Shown in pieces: positions 1-10,984 of a stretch of DNA of 64,000 nt. The DNA lies in NCBI GenBank assembly GCA_001643675.2, contig LSRY02000013.1, positions 1,364,001-1,428,000 of the forward strand, read 5' to 3'. A model generated the notes under the pieces. That model worked only from the letters and a program-made list of their open reading frames with translations, was not told where the DNA came from and did not search any database. This DNA comes from Monocercomonoides exilis PA203. Its lineage: Eukaryota > Protista > Preaxostyla. The position numbers and the translations under genes were made by a program. Every line of letters begins with the position of its first letter. Positions within the stretch are counted from its first letter, which is position 1.

Positions 1-55
1 TCGATTTGACTGAGTCACATTTTCGCGACTCAGTCAAATCAATCAAGTTCTACTA
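1..55. mobile_element. Right terminus of a TIR transposon continuing upstream of the window (DDE_Tnp_4-type end, element 0)
   Basis: Ends ...AAGTTCTAC-TA like the other DDE_Tnp_4-type ends. Carries a perfect 14-bp inverted pair GATTTGACTGAGTC (3-16) / GACTCAGTCAAATC (27-40), a variant of the TTGATTGAGTCAA subterminal motif. Confidence 0.6.
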
Positions 56-1049
56 GAACTAAAACGAAATTATTAAGTAATGCGGTATTAGCTTCGACTA
101 AGACCAAAAAGTGGTTTATAAAACCAAAAAGTGAGACTCAAAACCGTTTTGATTGAGTCAAGACCAATTGATTCATTTCTGGGTGCATGATCAATAGAAA
201 GTTACAAAAAATAAGTTGTTCATATCTTTCATTATTTAAAGAATAAATAATTAATTTTTCAGATAAATTATTATGTGAATGTTTTTTATAGAAAAAATTG
301 AAGTTTTTATGTTTTAACTATTTCAAAATTCGATATTCAACTTTATTTTTGAAAGAACAGAATGAACTTAAATAATAACCAGCACGTTTCATTCCTTTGA
401 CAATTTTTTTTTAATTCGATGTGTTCAAAATCAATGAACATGGAAATAAAAGAAATCCTAAACAGCTATTAAAAAATTCGAAAACAATAAATTCAAATAA
501 AGAATATAGCATTAAGTTCAAAGTTATCACAATTAATAAATATCAAAATCGTGACAGTCCTTTTTTAATGTAAAAATTCGCTTAAGTTTTAAAAAAAGCC
601 AAATAAAAATAAACAAACAACAAAAAAATTCATAAAAACAAAAATTAATTGCCAATCAAAGCATTGTAGAATTAATATTATAAAAATAACTATAAGAATG
701 ATTGTTTGCATGCATTATATGTTGCATTGAGTGTGTAACAACAGAAAAAACCAAAAGCTAAATATTCAACACATTGCACGTGAACATAAAAAAACTCATT
801 GTAAACATATTTAAAATATCATTATTATAAACACATCAAAAAGTTGCAAAAAACAAACTGCTCCGTTACGGAAAACACTAAAAACTTCAAAAAATTATGA
901 TCAAAATTGATATATAATTTTTGAATTTTTGATCACAAAAAAGATTGAGGGAAAACCGAATTGATTGAGTCAAAACCAATAAAACAAACAAATAACGTTT
1001 TAACTTTGTCAATTCAAATTGAGCCGCTCAATTCGTTTAAGGTCTACTA
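54..1049. mobile_element. Non-autonomous ~1-kb derivative of the DDE_Tnp_4 element family (element 1)
   Basis: 51-195 aligns with the left end of the element at 8621-8765, and ~897-1047 aligns with its right end ~10828-10978. Imperfect TIR TAGAACTAAAACGAAAT / ATTCGTTTAAGGTCTA. No internal ORF. Confidence 0.85.
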
Positions 1050-3420
1050 GAACTTATGCGATTTGAACTGGTCATATATTATTTGCCTTTGCTAAAGCAG
1101 ATAAGTTAAATATAATGCAAATTAGATCGAGACAAATCGATTTGATTGAGTCAATGCAAATTACTATAATTGTGGGTGGGAATATGATCGATAATAATTG
1201 TTATTAATGGGTGTTTTTGTATTTAACTTTTTTGAAACTTCATCATTCATGTCTCAATCTCCATTTTTCGATATTTTGAAGAGCGTGGAGAAAAGAAATG
1301 TGATGCCATCTCATGTGGAGATTAAATCTGATGATGATCAGCAATCAATCATCGATAAATTTTGTAAAAAATTTTCTGACCCATCTTTCGGTTTTCACCG
1401 ACTGACTGGGTTTGTTCGTTATGAATTCGACTTGCTTCTTCGTCTTCTCTCATCATCAGCCCAACCTCATCGTGGAAGGGCAAAATCAATCGAATCTTTG
1501 GATGAACAACTTTTTCTTTTGTTAGTTTTTCTTCACCACGGCTCCATTTCTTTAACTCACGTCATATCTCAATCAAAACACGAATCTCAAACATCAACTG
1601 TTCGACTTCTTCATTCAACAGCATCAAATTTAAAACCTCAACTTGCAAATCTTTTTCTTTCATTTCGTCCAGATCGATTAGAACAAATGAAGGAGGTGGG
1701 AATTGTGCTTGACTGCACAGTAATACCTACAAACAGGCCTGGAGGGAGGTTGGAGTTTGGAAAAAAATACTACTCAGGGAAGCATCACATCTATTGTGTC
1801 AAGGCGGAGGTGGGAGTGAACCCCAAGGTGGGGACAGCAAGTACAATCAGTTCTATCTACTCTGGGTCAACTCACGATTTCACTATTTTCAAAGAACATT
1901 ACCCCACATTTGTTCAAAAGCTTGGAGGAGCAAAGATTTTGGCCGATTCCGCTTTCATAGGAGCGAAACCAGAGCTTGGGGCGATTATTACAAAGCCCGT
2001 TGGAACTCCTGAGCTTGCATCTCATCGTGTTATTGTTGAAAGATTCTTTGGAAGGCTCAAAACTCTCTTTTCTGTCTTCCGTCATCCGTGGGTTTTTGAA
2101 ATGGAGCGTGTTGGGGACTATTTTTCAGTGGCTTGCTGCCTCACAAACTTTCATATCTTGCACAATCCACTCACAAATAAGGTTTTTGAAGCAAATTCAT
2201 TGTTTTTGGAGGAGTTATATTCGAATCACTTGAGAAAAGTTGATGCAAAGAAGGTTGCCAATGCTCGATATTTCGCCAAAATGAAAAATAAACTCAATCC
2301 AGAAAATACACTTACACCCACAATAACTACAATTTTGGCAGAAATTGGAGGCTTATCTTTCACTTTTTTACAATTATTTTTTATTTTCTTTCACTATTTT
2401 TTCGTTTTTATAAACATCATTTTACCATATTTTTTTATTTTAGATGCTTCTGATGATGATCTAAGGGCGTACGAAGCAGAAAAAGCGAAAGAAAGAAGAG
2501 AAAGAGCGAACAGCGAAGTTTCAGAACAAAGAAGCGAGCAAAAGGAACAGGTTTTGGAAAAAGAAAGAAATGATTTTGATGAAAATCAAAATTGTGATAA
2601 CTCACAAGCTTGGCACCTTCCGCAGCAATGGAAGTCGATAAGTATTTTTTCTCCATCTTCAACTCAACCTTTTCCTTCATTTTCACAATCACAACCTTCT
2701 TCTTCCTTTTCATCATCATCTTCATCATCTGCTTCTTCTTCCTCTTCTGTTGGTTCAAAACAAAATAAACCCCCATCTGTTCTTCAATCGTTGCAGAATA
2801 AAAAGTGATTATCATTTTATTTTTCTTTAACTTCTTTAAGCAACCATCTCATCTTTTTAATAATCTTAAATAATTGATATTTCCAATTCAAAATTTTTTT
2901 TTTGAATAAAAAACAAAAATTGTGTTCATCAATAAAATTTCTATATATTTTTTATTTTTCTATACAAAATATAGTAATAAAAATGAAATGAAACAAAAAA
3001 CCAACAATAACAAAAAAGTAAACAAAATTGGATCGAAAGAGCTTTTTGTTTTTCTGAAATACAGATATAAATTTTTTTCAACTGTGATCATCTCTTGCTC
3101 GTGTTTAAAACGCAAGTTTCAAATTGTTCATTATGATCCGAATCGGAAGAAGAGATGTAGAAAATAAACAATAAACACTTAAAACAATCAAAAAAAGAAT
3201 TCACAAACTTGTTGTATTTTAAAAATCTGCTGACAAGGAAGAGAGTTTGAAAAAATGAGTCAATATCTTGATCGTAATTGACTCATAATTGTTTTCAAAA
3301 AAGATCAAAAAATGATCTATTCAAATCAGTTTTGATTAAGTCAATTCAAATAAGATCGACTAAATGCAAATTGATTGAGTCAAATCAAAATTATGCACTC
3401 AATTCGAAAAAGTTCAACTA
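1048..3420 (+). mobile_element. PIF/Harbinger-ISL2EU-group DNA transposon (element 2)
   Basis: Imperfect TIR TAGAACTTATGCGATTT / AATTCGAAAAAGTTCAA. TTGATT(G/A)AGTCAA motifs at ~1142, ~3332, ~3371. Contains a transposase gene. Confidence 0.8.
1249..2808 (+). CDS. DDE_Tnp_4-family transposase; probable exons 1249-2350 and 2444-2808
   Basis: Motifs VLDCTVIP..RP, YYSGKH, GSTHD, ILADSAF, HRVIVERFFGRLK. Intron 2351-2443 (GC..AG) inferred from the same-position intron in the paralog at 8825. Confidence 0.88.
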   Translation: MSQSPFFDILKSVEKRNVMPSHVEIKSDDDQQSIIDKFCKKFSDPSFGFHRLTGFVRYEFDLLLRLLSSSAQPHRGRAKSIESLDEQLFLLLVFLHHGSISLTHVISQSKHESQTSTVRLLHSTASNLKPQLANLFLSFRPDRLEQMKEVGIVLDCTVIPTNRPGGRLEFGKKYYSGKHHIYCVKAEVGVNPKVGTASTISSIYSGSTHDFTIFKEHYPTFVQKLGGAKILADSAFIGAKPELGAIITKPVGTPELASHRVIVERFFGRLKTLFSVFRHPWVFEMERVGDYFSVACCLTNFHILHNPLTNKVFEANSLFLEELYSNHLRKVDAKKVANARYFAKMKNKLNPENTLTPTITTILAEIGGLSFTFLQLFFIFFHYFFVFINIILPYFFILDASDDDLRAYEAEKAKERRERANSEVSEQRSEQKEQVLEKERNDFDENQNCDNSQAWHLPQQWKSISIFSPSSTQPFPSFSQSQPSSSFSSSSSSSASSSSSVGSKQNKPPSVLQSLQNKK

Positions 3421-5071
3421 TAATGAGGGAGGAAACCAGGGCCGGGGAGGAAATCCGGGCCATTGATATTAAAATGGGAATTTTTTTATTTTTCCTTTTT
3501 TTGTGTTTGAATTTCGTTTCATGAATTGAAACAAAGAAAAACAGTAAAGATAAAGATATTTAACTATTCCAAAAAAGCTGTGCATTCCATAAAAGCTGCA
3601 ATGATATGGAATTAAAAATAAATAGTCTTCAGAACAAATCAGATAAATCATCAGAAGAATAATAAACAGCTCCAAATGAAGATCCCATTGGTGCAGATTT
3701 GGGTTCAACACCAGGTAATGCCCATTCTGGAGGATTATCAGGAAGATTTGATAAAATCTTCTCTGGGTTAAATGGCCATAACGTTGTGCTTTTCCAAGAA
3801 GATTTTATTGTTTCTGGATACGAAGCGGCTGCAAGTCCATTTCTTAGGATTTCCACAAAAATTTCTCTTTTTGAAGATGCTGAGGAAGTTGTTCCACTTT
3901 CTTTGGCTTTTCCAAACACCCTTTTCATACTTGCGAAGATGTATTGATCATTTGGCTGCAAAATGTGTGAAGTGTGCGATGGAAGTTTCACAAGATCAAT
4001 TAAATTATCCTTGCATAATTGAAGAATTTCAGGCTGAAAAGGTCCAACTCCACCATCCATAATGAGGACAGCATGCTTTTCTTTCTTTCCCACTGCAATT
4101 CTTTTATTTCTGATTTCTGTAATCACGCACTTTTTGAACAAGTCCAAAAAAATTGCTGATGAAACATGACCAGATAAAGAAGGAATGAACACTTCGTGTG
4201 AAGTTGTTCCCAGCTTGTATTCTTCTGGAAGTGTTGAAAATGGAATTAATATGGGTGTCAAATATCGACACCCGTCTGCACTTGTCATGAAGATAATTGA
4301 AGTGGAAGTTGGCAAGTGAACTTCAGGAACAACAGTAGAAGGCGTTGAGGATGAAGAAGCAACAAGTTCAGGTTGTTGTTTGGATGAAAAAGTGGAAGTT
4401 TCATCTAAGTTAAATAATAGCTGTGGAATTGGATTGACACTTTCAAACAATTTCTTCTCTTCGTCAAAGAAGGGGACGATTGTATATTTCGAAGTGTGGG
4501 CTGCTCTCCCTATAGGTAAAGCAATTGGCTTCGCAAGACTAATTTCAATATGCCTTTTCAAAAATCGTTTCACCCAATGTTTATCAACAGTTTTGACTTC
4601 ATCTCCTTCTTTTCTCTTTGTTTTTAGCAAATCATTAGCCTGAATAATAAAAAACAATTAAACTAATAATAATAAGCGAAATACAAACCATTTGTGTTAT
4701 TTCCATTTTTGAGTGAAACGTTCCATGCTCTGCATCATGAATTATCACTGTTGATAAATACTGTTCGTCCGAATTGTCAAATAGAGTTGGTCTTCCAGAT
4801 TTTCCAGGTGTATTCCTTTTTTTTTCTGCGGCGAGAGCTCTTTGCACTGAAGAGCGAGAAAGTACCTGGCTTCGGGAAATTTCTCTCGTTGGAATGTTCA
4901 TAATGTTGTGTAGGTAAATTGCCTTCAAGTGCGCATCTTCCAACTCACGAATTTCAGCAGTTGCACAAAGTCTTGATGCAGAATTAATTGTTTTTTTCAT
5001 TAGAGATCACAAAAATCAAACTATGGGTGAGGCCCGGGTTTCCTCTCTGGCCCGAGTTTCCTCCCCGACTA
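3421..5071 (-). mobile_element. pogo/Fot1-like DNA transposon (element 3)
   Basis: 41-bp TIRs 3421-3461 / 5031-5071 (8 mismatches, flanking TA included), each with two 18-bp GGGGAGGAAACCCGGGCC-like units. Confidence 0.88.
3629..5000 (-). CDS. pogo-like DDE_1 transposase (DD35D); exons 5000-4689 and 4639-3629
   Basis: N-terminal HTH-like region with GRPTLF, then FNLDETS, LIMDG, LPSHTSHILQPND with 35 residues between the 2nd and 3rd D. A 49-nt GT-AG phase-0 intron joins the two track ORFs. Confidence 0.9.
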
Positions 5072-5075
5072 TATA

Positions 5076-6965
5076 TAGTCTTTCAAATATCCGGACATTT
5101 TTAAAAAACCGAACATCAGATTTGCTTATGGGCATTCTGATTTGAAAATTACAATTCCAACTTTGTGTGATACTTTGGCTCGAAATATATTAAATAATGC
5201 AATTATTTTTACAAAGCATCTTTTCATAATCAAGAAAAAAAATATTAAAAAAAACATGTTTGTCAATATTTGTCAACAATTCAACTAAGTTTTTTTTATG
5301 TATGAAATGAAAAAAAAGATAAAGATAAATTAAAGTGTCATATATGAAGTTAATCCATTTGAAAATGGGGCAAATGGATCGGAAGATAAATAAATTCTTC
5401 CACTAAAAGATTCTTTTGTTTTATCCATTAAGAAAGGAGAAACAATAACATTGTCAGGTTTTGTTAATGGAAGGGAATCGCACACGAGTTTTTTGTTAAG
5501 TGGCCACATTCCTGAATCCCTCCAAGAAGCAATGACTGTTGCAGGGGACAACGCATGATACAATGCGATCTGCAGCCTCCTGATAAAATGTGTTCTTCTT
5601 CCTTCTGCTGAGTCAATGAAAACATCAGTGTCACTTTCTCCAAGCTTGCTTTTCAAATTCGCGTTAACATATTTGTCAAACGGTTGAATGAGATGAGATG
5701 AATGCGAAGGAGGAAGAGCCAAATCTTTTCTATGCTTTGATGCCAAACTAATTATGTTTGAAGTTACATGAGAATGAAGGGAGTCCATGTGAATTAACGC
5801 ATTTGCAAATTTTTCTGCAATTGAGCTTCTTCTGTATTCGATTGCTGGAATGATAGAATTAAGAAAAATGTATTCAAATCTTTCTTTAGTCATTGAAGCA
5901 GTTTCTGCAGGAATAATTAACAATTCTCGACTGTTTGCCATTTTGTATTCCTTTGGAACATCTTTGCCGGAAAATGTCATGCATGTCCTTTGGTGAGTTC
6001 CGTCTGCAGCAATTACTATCAATAACGATGTATTTTGGGGGTGCGATTGCTGCCTTTGCATTGGTGCAGGAGCATCAGTTGTCGTTATGACTTTAGGAAT
6101 TGTTCTCTCCTCGCTTGAAATGTAACATTCATCAAGATTGAACACGAGTTGTGGAAGATAATTATGATCATGATATAGTTTTTCCAATCGATCAAACCAT
6201 CTTCCAATACACTCTTGAGTGCTGTGAGCAATTCGTGCCGCTGGAATTTGAACAGGTGTTTTAAATAAGAGATCTTCGCTTTTTTTGATAACGTTGTAAG
6301 CCCAAGAGCGACAAACTGAATGGTCAATAATTTCCTCTTTTGGTTTATTTTGAATAAGGCTTGAAGCCTGAAAGATAATTATAAAAAAAAAACAATTTAA
6401 AAAAAAAAAAAAAAAAAAACAATTTTGTGACAATAAAAAACCTAAAACAAATAATAACCCAAACCAACAATCGAGCCTCCTTCATTGTTTTGTGTTTATT
6501 GTCCCTAGCGAAATTAGAAAGTTCTTCTTTGAATATTGCAGTTTTTTCTTTGTTCAAAGCAGGAGGTCTGCCTTTAACAAAGCAATCTCTCCCATCTTTG
6601 ACAGCTTCGATTGCTCTATTGAGAGCGCTTCTGTTTATTAATGCTGCCGAAACAATGATGCATTTCTTTATTCCATGATCAATATGTATGTGTGCGCATC
6701 TTTCAATTTTGTTTTCATAACGACTGTATTCTGCATCTTCAAGCAACTTAATAACTCTCGAAAAATCATCTAAATAATAATAATGAAGTTTCAAAGCAAA
6801 ACAAAATTCAAACCATCTCGATCTTCTTCCATGCTCATGGAAAACAAAACTTTTAATTGATCACAAAATTCCGAATAAATCAAAACAAAATCCAAATAAT
6901 GGAATAGATAATTTTAATCAGTATTCCCATTAAAAAAACAAATAACCGGTTAAATGAAAACCTTA
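5076..6965 (-). mobile_element. pogo/Fot1-like DNA transposon (element 4), degenerate TIRs
   Basis: Left end TAGTCTTTCAAATATCCGGACAT with an 18-bp tandem unit (5081-5098, 5099-5116). Weak inverse match at ~6940-6965. Bounded by the neighbouring elements. Confidence 0.75.
5330..6838 (-). CDS. pogo-like DDE_1 transposase (DD35D); exons 6838-6814, 6769-6465, 6367-5330
   Basis: GRPPAL, FNLDEC, IAADG, HMDS...PPSHSSHLIQPFD. Two GT-AG introns (6770-6813, 6368-6464) restore one frame. Confidence 0.87.
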
Positions 6966-8622
6966 GTCGGGGAGTTAACCCGCTCAGGGGAGTTAACACG
7001 CTCAGATGATCACAGAAGTCAGAACATTTTTCCTTCCGTAGTTTTCATTTTTCTCTTCGAAAACAAACAAAAATCGTTGGTTGTAACATTATAGTAGAAT
7101 GTTTGTGGAAAAAATCTAATAAAGGATGAAAAATAATTAAGAGAGGATAAAAAAATTGAAAAACTTTATCATATTCCAATATCAGACAAATCATCAGAAC
7201 TGAGCCAAATTTTCCCAGATATTGCTCCTTCCGGTGCCCTGTTTGATGATGAAGCAATTTCTGCCCATTCTGGAGGCTTCTCTGGCAGTTGAGCAAGAAC
7301 AGCATCTGGATTTAATGGATGAAGGCCTGTCACTCTCCAGCTGGCTTTAATTGTAGATGGAAACGAAGCCATTGCAATTGCTTCCTTTAAAACGGAAATA
7401 AATTCTTTTCTTCTTTCGCTAGTCGTGTTTGTTTTCCCACATTCAGTTGACTTTTTGAAACATTTTTTCATGTTGGCAAAAATGTACTGATCGTTGGGTT
7501 GCAGCAAGTGAGAGGTGTGCGAGGGGAGTTGGATAAGATCGATTAAATTATCTTTGCATAATTTAACGATCTCTGTGGAAAAATGCCCTGTCCCTCCATC
7601 CATCACCAAAGCCGCGTGATTGTGTTGCAGTCCTATGGCAATTCGCTTTTCGTTTATGCTCGGAAGGATTGCTTTTTGAAATACATCCAGAAAGCATGCT
7701 GTTGTCATGTGTCCAGTTGAACAAGGTATGAACACCTCATTTTCTGTTGTAGCTTCAACATATTCTTTTGGAATTGTCGAATATGGAATAAGAATTGGAG
7801 TTAAATATCTCACTCCATCTGCGCTTGTGAGAAAAACAATACAAGTTGAATTTGGCAACGAAGGCTCTGGAATGATTGGCTGAACTGAAGAAGAAGACGG
7901 AACCACGACATCTTCTGAAGATTTTGAAAATACAGTTGATGTTTCATCCAAATTGAACAACAATTGAGGTGCAATTTTCACTTCGGAAAAGAACTTTGCA
8001 ACTTTGTCAAAAAAGGGACCAATAGTTTGCTTCGAATTATGTGCAGCACGGCCTATTGGTAACTTTGTTGCTTTTTTCAGAGCAAGTTTCGGATATCTTT
8101 CAATAAATCTCTTTGGCCAGTGTTTGTCTACTGATTTGACTTCTTCTTCTTCAGTTCTTTTTTCTCTTCTTATTTCATTTGCCTACAAATAATAAAAAAT
8201 TAAAAATACAATAATTCGAATGCTAACAGACCATTTCCGCTATATCTCTCATTGAATGGAAAATTCCTTTCTCTGCATCGACTTCCAATCTGACAATTAA
8301 CCTTTTTTCGTCTGTTTTTGAAAAAAGAAAAGGTCTCCCGGGTTTTCCAACAACGCGATTTTCCTTTTGAGCTTTTTCAGCTCTTTTTAGAGAATGTCTG
8401 GAAATTATACTTGCTTGTTCAATTTCCGCCTTTTTGAATCCGCAAACAAGATGCAAGTGAAGACCTTTCTCGTGAGGAGTTTCCAGAAGCCTCGCTTCGC
8501 TGGATGCTGCAATTCTGTGGATCTCTTGCTCAATCTTTGACATTTTTTTCCAAACAAAAAATGGGTTGATTTTTGATCATCTGAGCGGGTTAACTCCCCT
8601 GAGCGGGTTAACTCCCCGACTA
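6964..8622 (-). mobile_element. pogo/Fot1-like DNA transposon (element 5), near-perfect TIRs
   Basis: 49-bp TIRs 6964-7012 / 8574-8622 (1 mismatch, TA included): TAGTCGGGGAGTTAACCCGCTCAGGGGAGTTAAC(A/C)CGCTCAGATGATCA. Confidence 0.93.
7169..8543 (-). CDS. pogo-like DDE_1 transposase (DD35D); exons 8543-8232 and 8182-7169
   Basis: GRPFLF, FNLDETS, TSADG, VMDG...LPSHTSHLLQPND. A 49-nt GT-AG intron at 8183-8231. Clear paralog of 3629-5000. Confidence 0.9.
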
Positions 8623-10980
8623 CTAGACCTTAAACGAAATTATTAAGTAATGCAGTATTAGCTTTGACTAATACCAAAAAGTGGCAATAAATACCTAAAA
8701 GATCGACTGAAAACCGATTTGATTAAATCATGACCAATTATACCAATTCTGGGTTTGTGATCGTTTTCAAGGAAATTTCAAAAAATGGGTTTGATCCATT
8801 TTATTGTTATTGATTATTTTTTTGATGTCACAAGAATCATTTTTGGAAATTCTGGAAAGCGTGGAAAAAAGAAACGCTATTCCAGAACACTTCGAATCAA
8901 CAAAAACTGATGATCACCCTTCTATTATCGACATTGCGTGCAAACGAGTGAACGATCCTTCTCATGCCTTCTTTAGGCTAACCGGATTCGTTCGTTCAGA
9001 GTTCGACTTTCTTCTTCATCTTCTTCCTGACGATGCTCTTCCTCGTAGAGGAAAAACAAAATCCATCGACACGTTAGAAGAACAACTTTTTCTTTTATTG
9101 AATGTTCTTCATCAAGGCTCCTGCACTTTAACACACACCATCGCATCACCAAAACTCGACTCACAAAGTGCGACAATTCGACTCCTTCACTCAACAACTT
9201 CTCGTCTAAAAGCTCCATTAGCTGATTTGTTTCTGTCATTTCGTCGTGACAGAATCGAATCAATGAAGGAAGTTGGCCTCGTAGTCGACTGCACCGTCAT
9301 TCCCACGAATAGGCCAGGAGGAAGGCTGGAATTCGGGAAAAAGTACTTCAGCGGAAAGCATCACATGTACTGTGTAAAAGCTGAAGTTGGGGTTAATCCC
9401 AGGATTGGGACTGCAAGCACGATAAGTTCAATATATACGGGATCAACGCACGATTTCACAATATTCAAAGACCACTACCCCCAATTTGTACCAAAGCTAG
9501 GTGGATCGAAGATTCTTGCAGACTCAGCCTACATCGGAGCGCGCCCAGATCTCGATGCAATTATCACCAAGCCTGTTGGCACACCCGAGCTGGCTACACA
9601 CAGAGTTATTGTGGAAAGATTCTTTGGTCGATTGAAAACTCTGTTTTCAATCTTTCGAAGACCATGGATATTTGAAGTTGAGAAGGTGTCAGACTATTTC
9701 TCAGTCGCGTGTTGCCTCACAAACTTCCACATTTTACAAAATCCATTAACAGCAGAAGATTCGGAGGCGAATTCAAGGTTTTTGGATGCTTTGAAAAGGG
9801 AATATTTGCGAAAGCAAGAAGCAAAGAGCATTGCCAACGAGAGATATATCGCAAAATTAAAGAATAAACTCAACCCCAGAGATTCACTTACACCCACAAT
9901 AACATCTTTATTAGCAGAAACGCCAAGTTTATTTTTCACATTTAACCCATTCTAACTTTCAATGATTGTTTTTTAACTTATTTTTTATTAAACATTTTTC
10001 CATAATATTTTTTTGAATATCAGATAATCACTCGAGTGCAACTTCAGCCGAATTAGCAGAAGAGAGAAGAAAAATAGAGCAAGATAGAATTTCCAAAGAA
10101 AGAGAACAGCAAAGATCAATTTCTATTGAAAAACAACGGGAACAAGATCGTTCTTCTTCGCAAACCAGAGATAATTCACTGTCTTGGCTGTTACCAAATC
10201 AATGGAAATCAGTGAAATCGTTTTTCAATCCAACAATACAACAATTTCCTGAATTTCCATCTCCCTCTTCATCGGCTTCCTCCTCCTCCTCTTCTTCTTC
10301 ATCAAAAGGTAACACGACTCAATCACCCCTACAAAATTTGTTAAGCAACAAACATTGAAATGCTTATTTTATCAATCACATGTCAATTTTTTCTCATTCA
10401 TTTAAGTATAATAATAATACAATAGAAATATTAAACATTTTATTTTTCAAATATTTCTGAGTGAAAATCAAATAAAATAAACAAAAAAATAGGTGATCCG
10501 TTGTTTTTCATAGAAAATCTTAGTGAAATGATAATGAAAAACAAAAAAACAATCATTTTTTGTGATTAACAATTTAACGAATGTTTTCTATTAATAATTC
10601 GAAAGATTATAAAGAAAACATTGTTAATCCTTCACGGTTAATGCGATCACTTCATATATCTTTAAAACAAACGAAAAAACTGACATTATAACTGAACAGA
10701 ACAAATAAAGTCGAAACATTATGTCACACCTGTAAATAGATGAGAATGAAAATATTATTGTTTATCCATGTTGTAAAAAATTTCAAAATGCTTCATTCGA
10801 AGTGAAACATCAAAAACAACAGAATTAATGATCAAAATTGATATATAATTTTTGTATTTTTGATCACAAAAAAGATTGAGGGAAAACCGAATTGATTGAG
10901 TAAAAACCAATAAAACAAACAAAAAACGTTTTGACTTAATCAATTCGAATTGACCCGCTCAATTCGTTTAAGGTCCACTA
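8621..10980 (+). mobile_element. PIF/Harbinger-ISL2EU-group DNA transposon (element 6), adjacent to the tRNA
   Basis: TIR core GACCTTAAACGAA (8626-8638) / TTCGTTTAAGGTC (10963-10975). Both ends are shared with element 1. Contains a transposase gene. Confidence 0.88.
8825..10358 (+). CDS. DDE_Tnp_4-family transposase; exons 8825-9926 and 10024-10358
   Basis: VVDCTVIP, YFSGKH, ILADSAY, RVIVERFFGRLK. GT-AG intron 9927-10023. Exon 2 encodes DNSLSWLLPNQWKS, matching DNSQAWHLPQQWKS of the first copy. Confidence 0.9.
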
Positions 10981-10984
10981 TATA

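Noticed and set aside
2351-2443. Apparent transmembrane segment in the 536-aa transposase ORF
   Set aside because: It coincides with a T-rich intron at the same position as the paralog's GT-AG intron.
1-10980. Recurring TTGATTGAGTCAA and 18-bp repeats as a CRISPR-like array
   Set aside because: Irregular spacing, confined to element ends and no cas genes. They are better explained as transposase-binding subterminal motifs.
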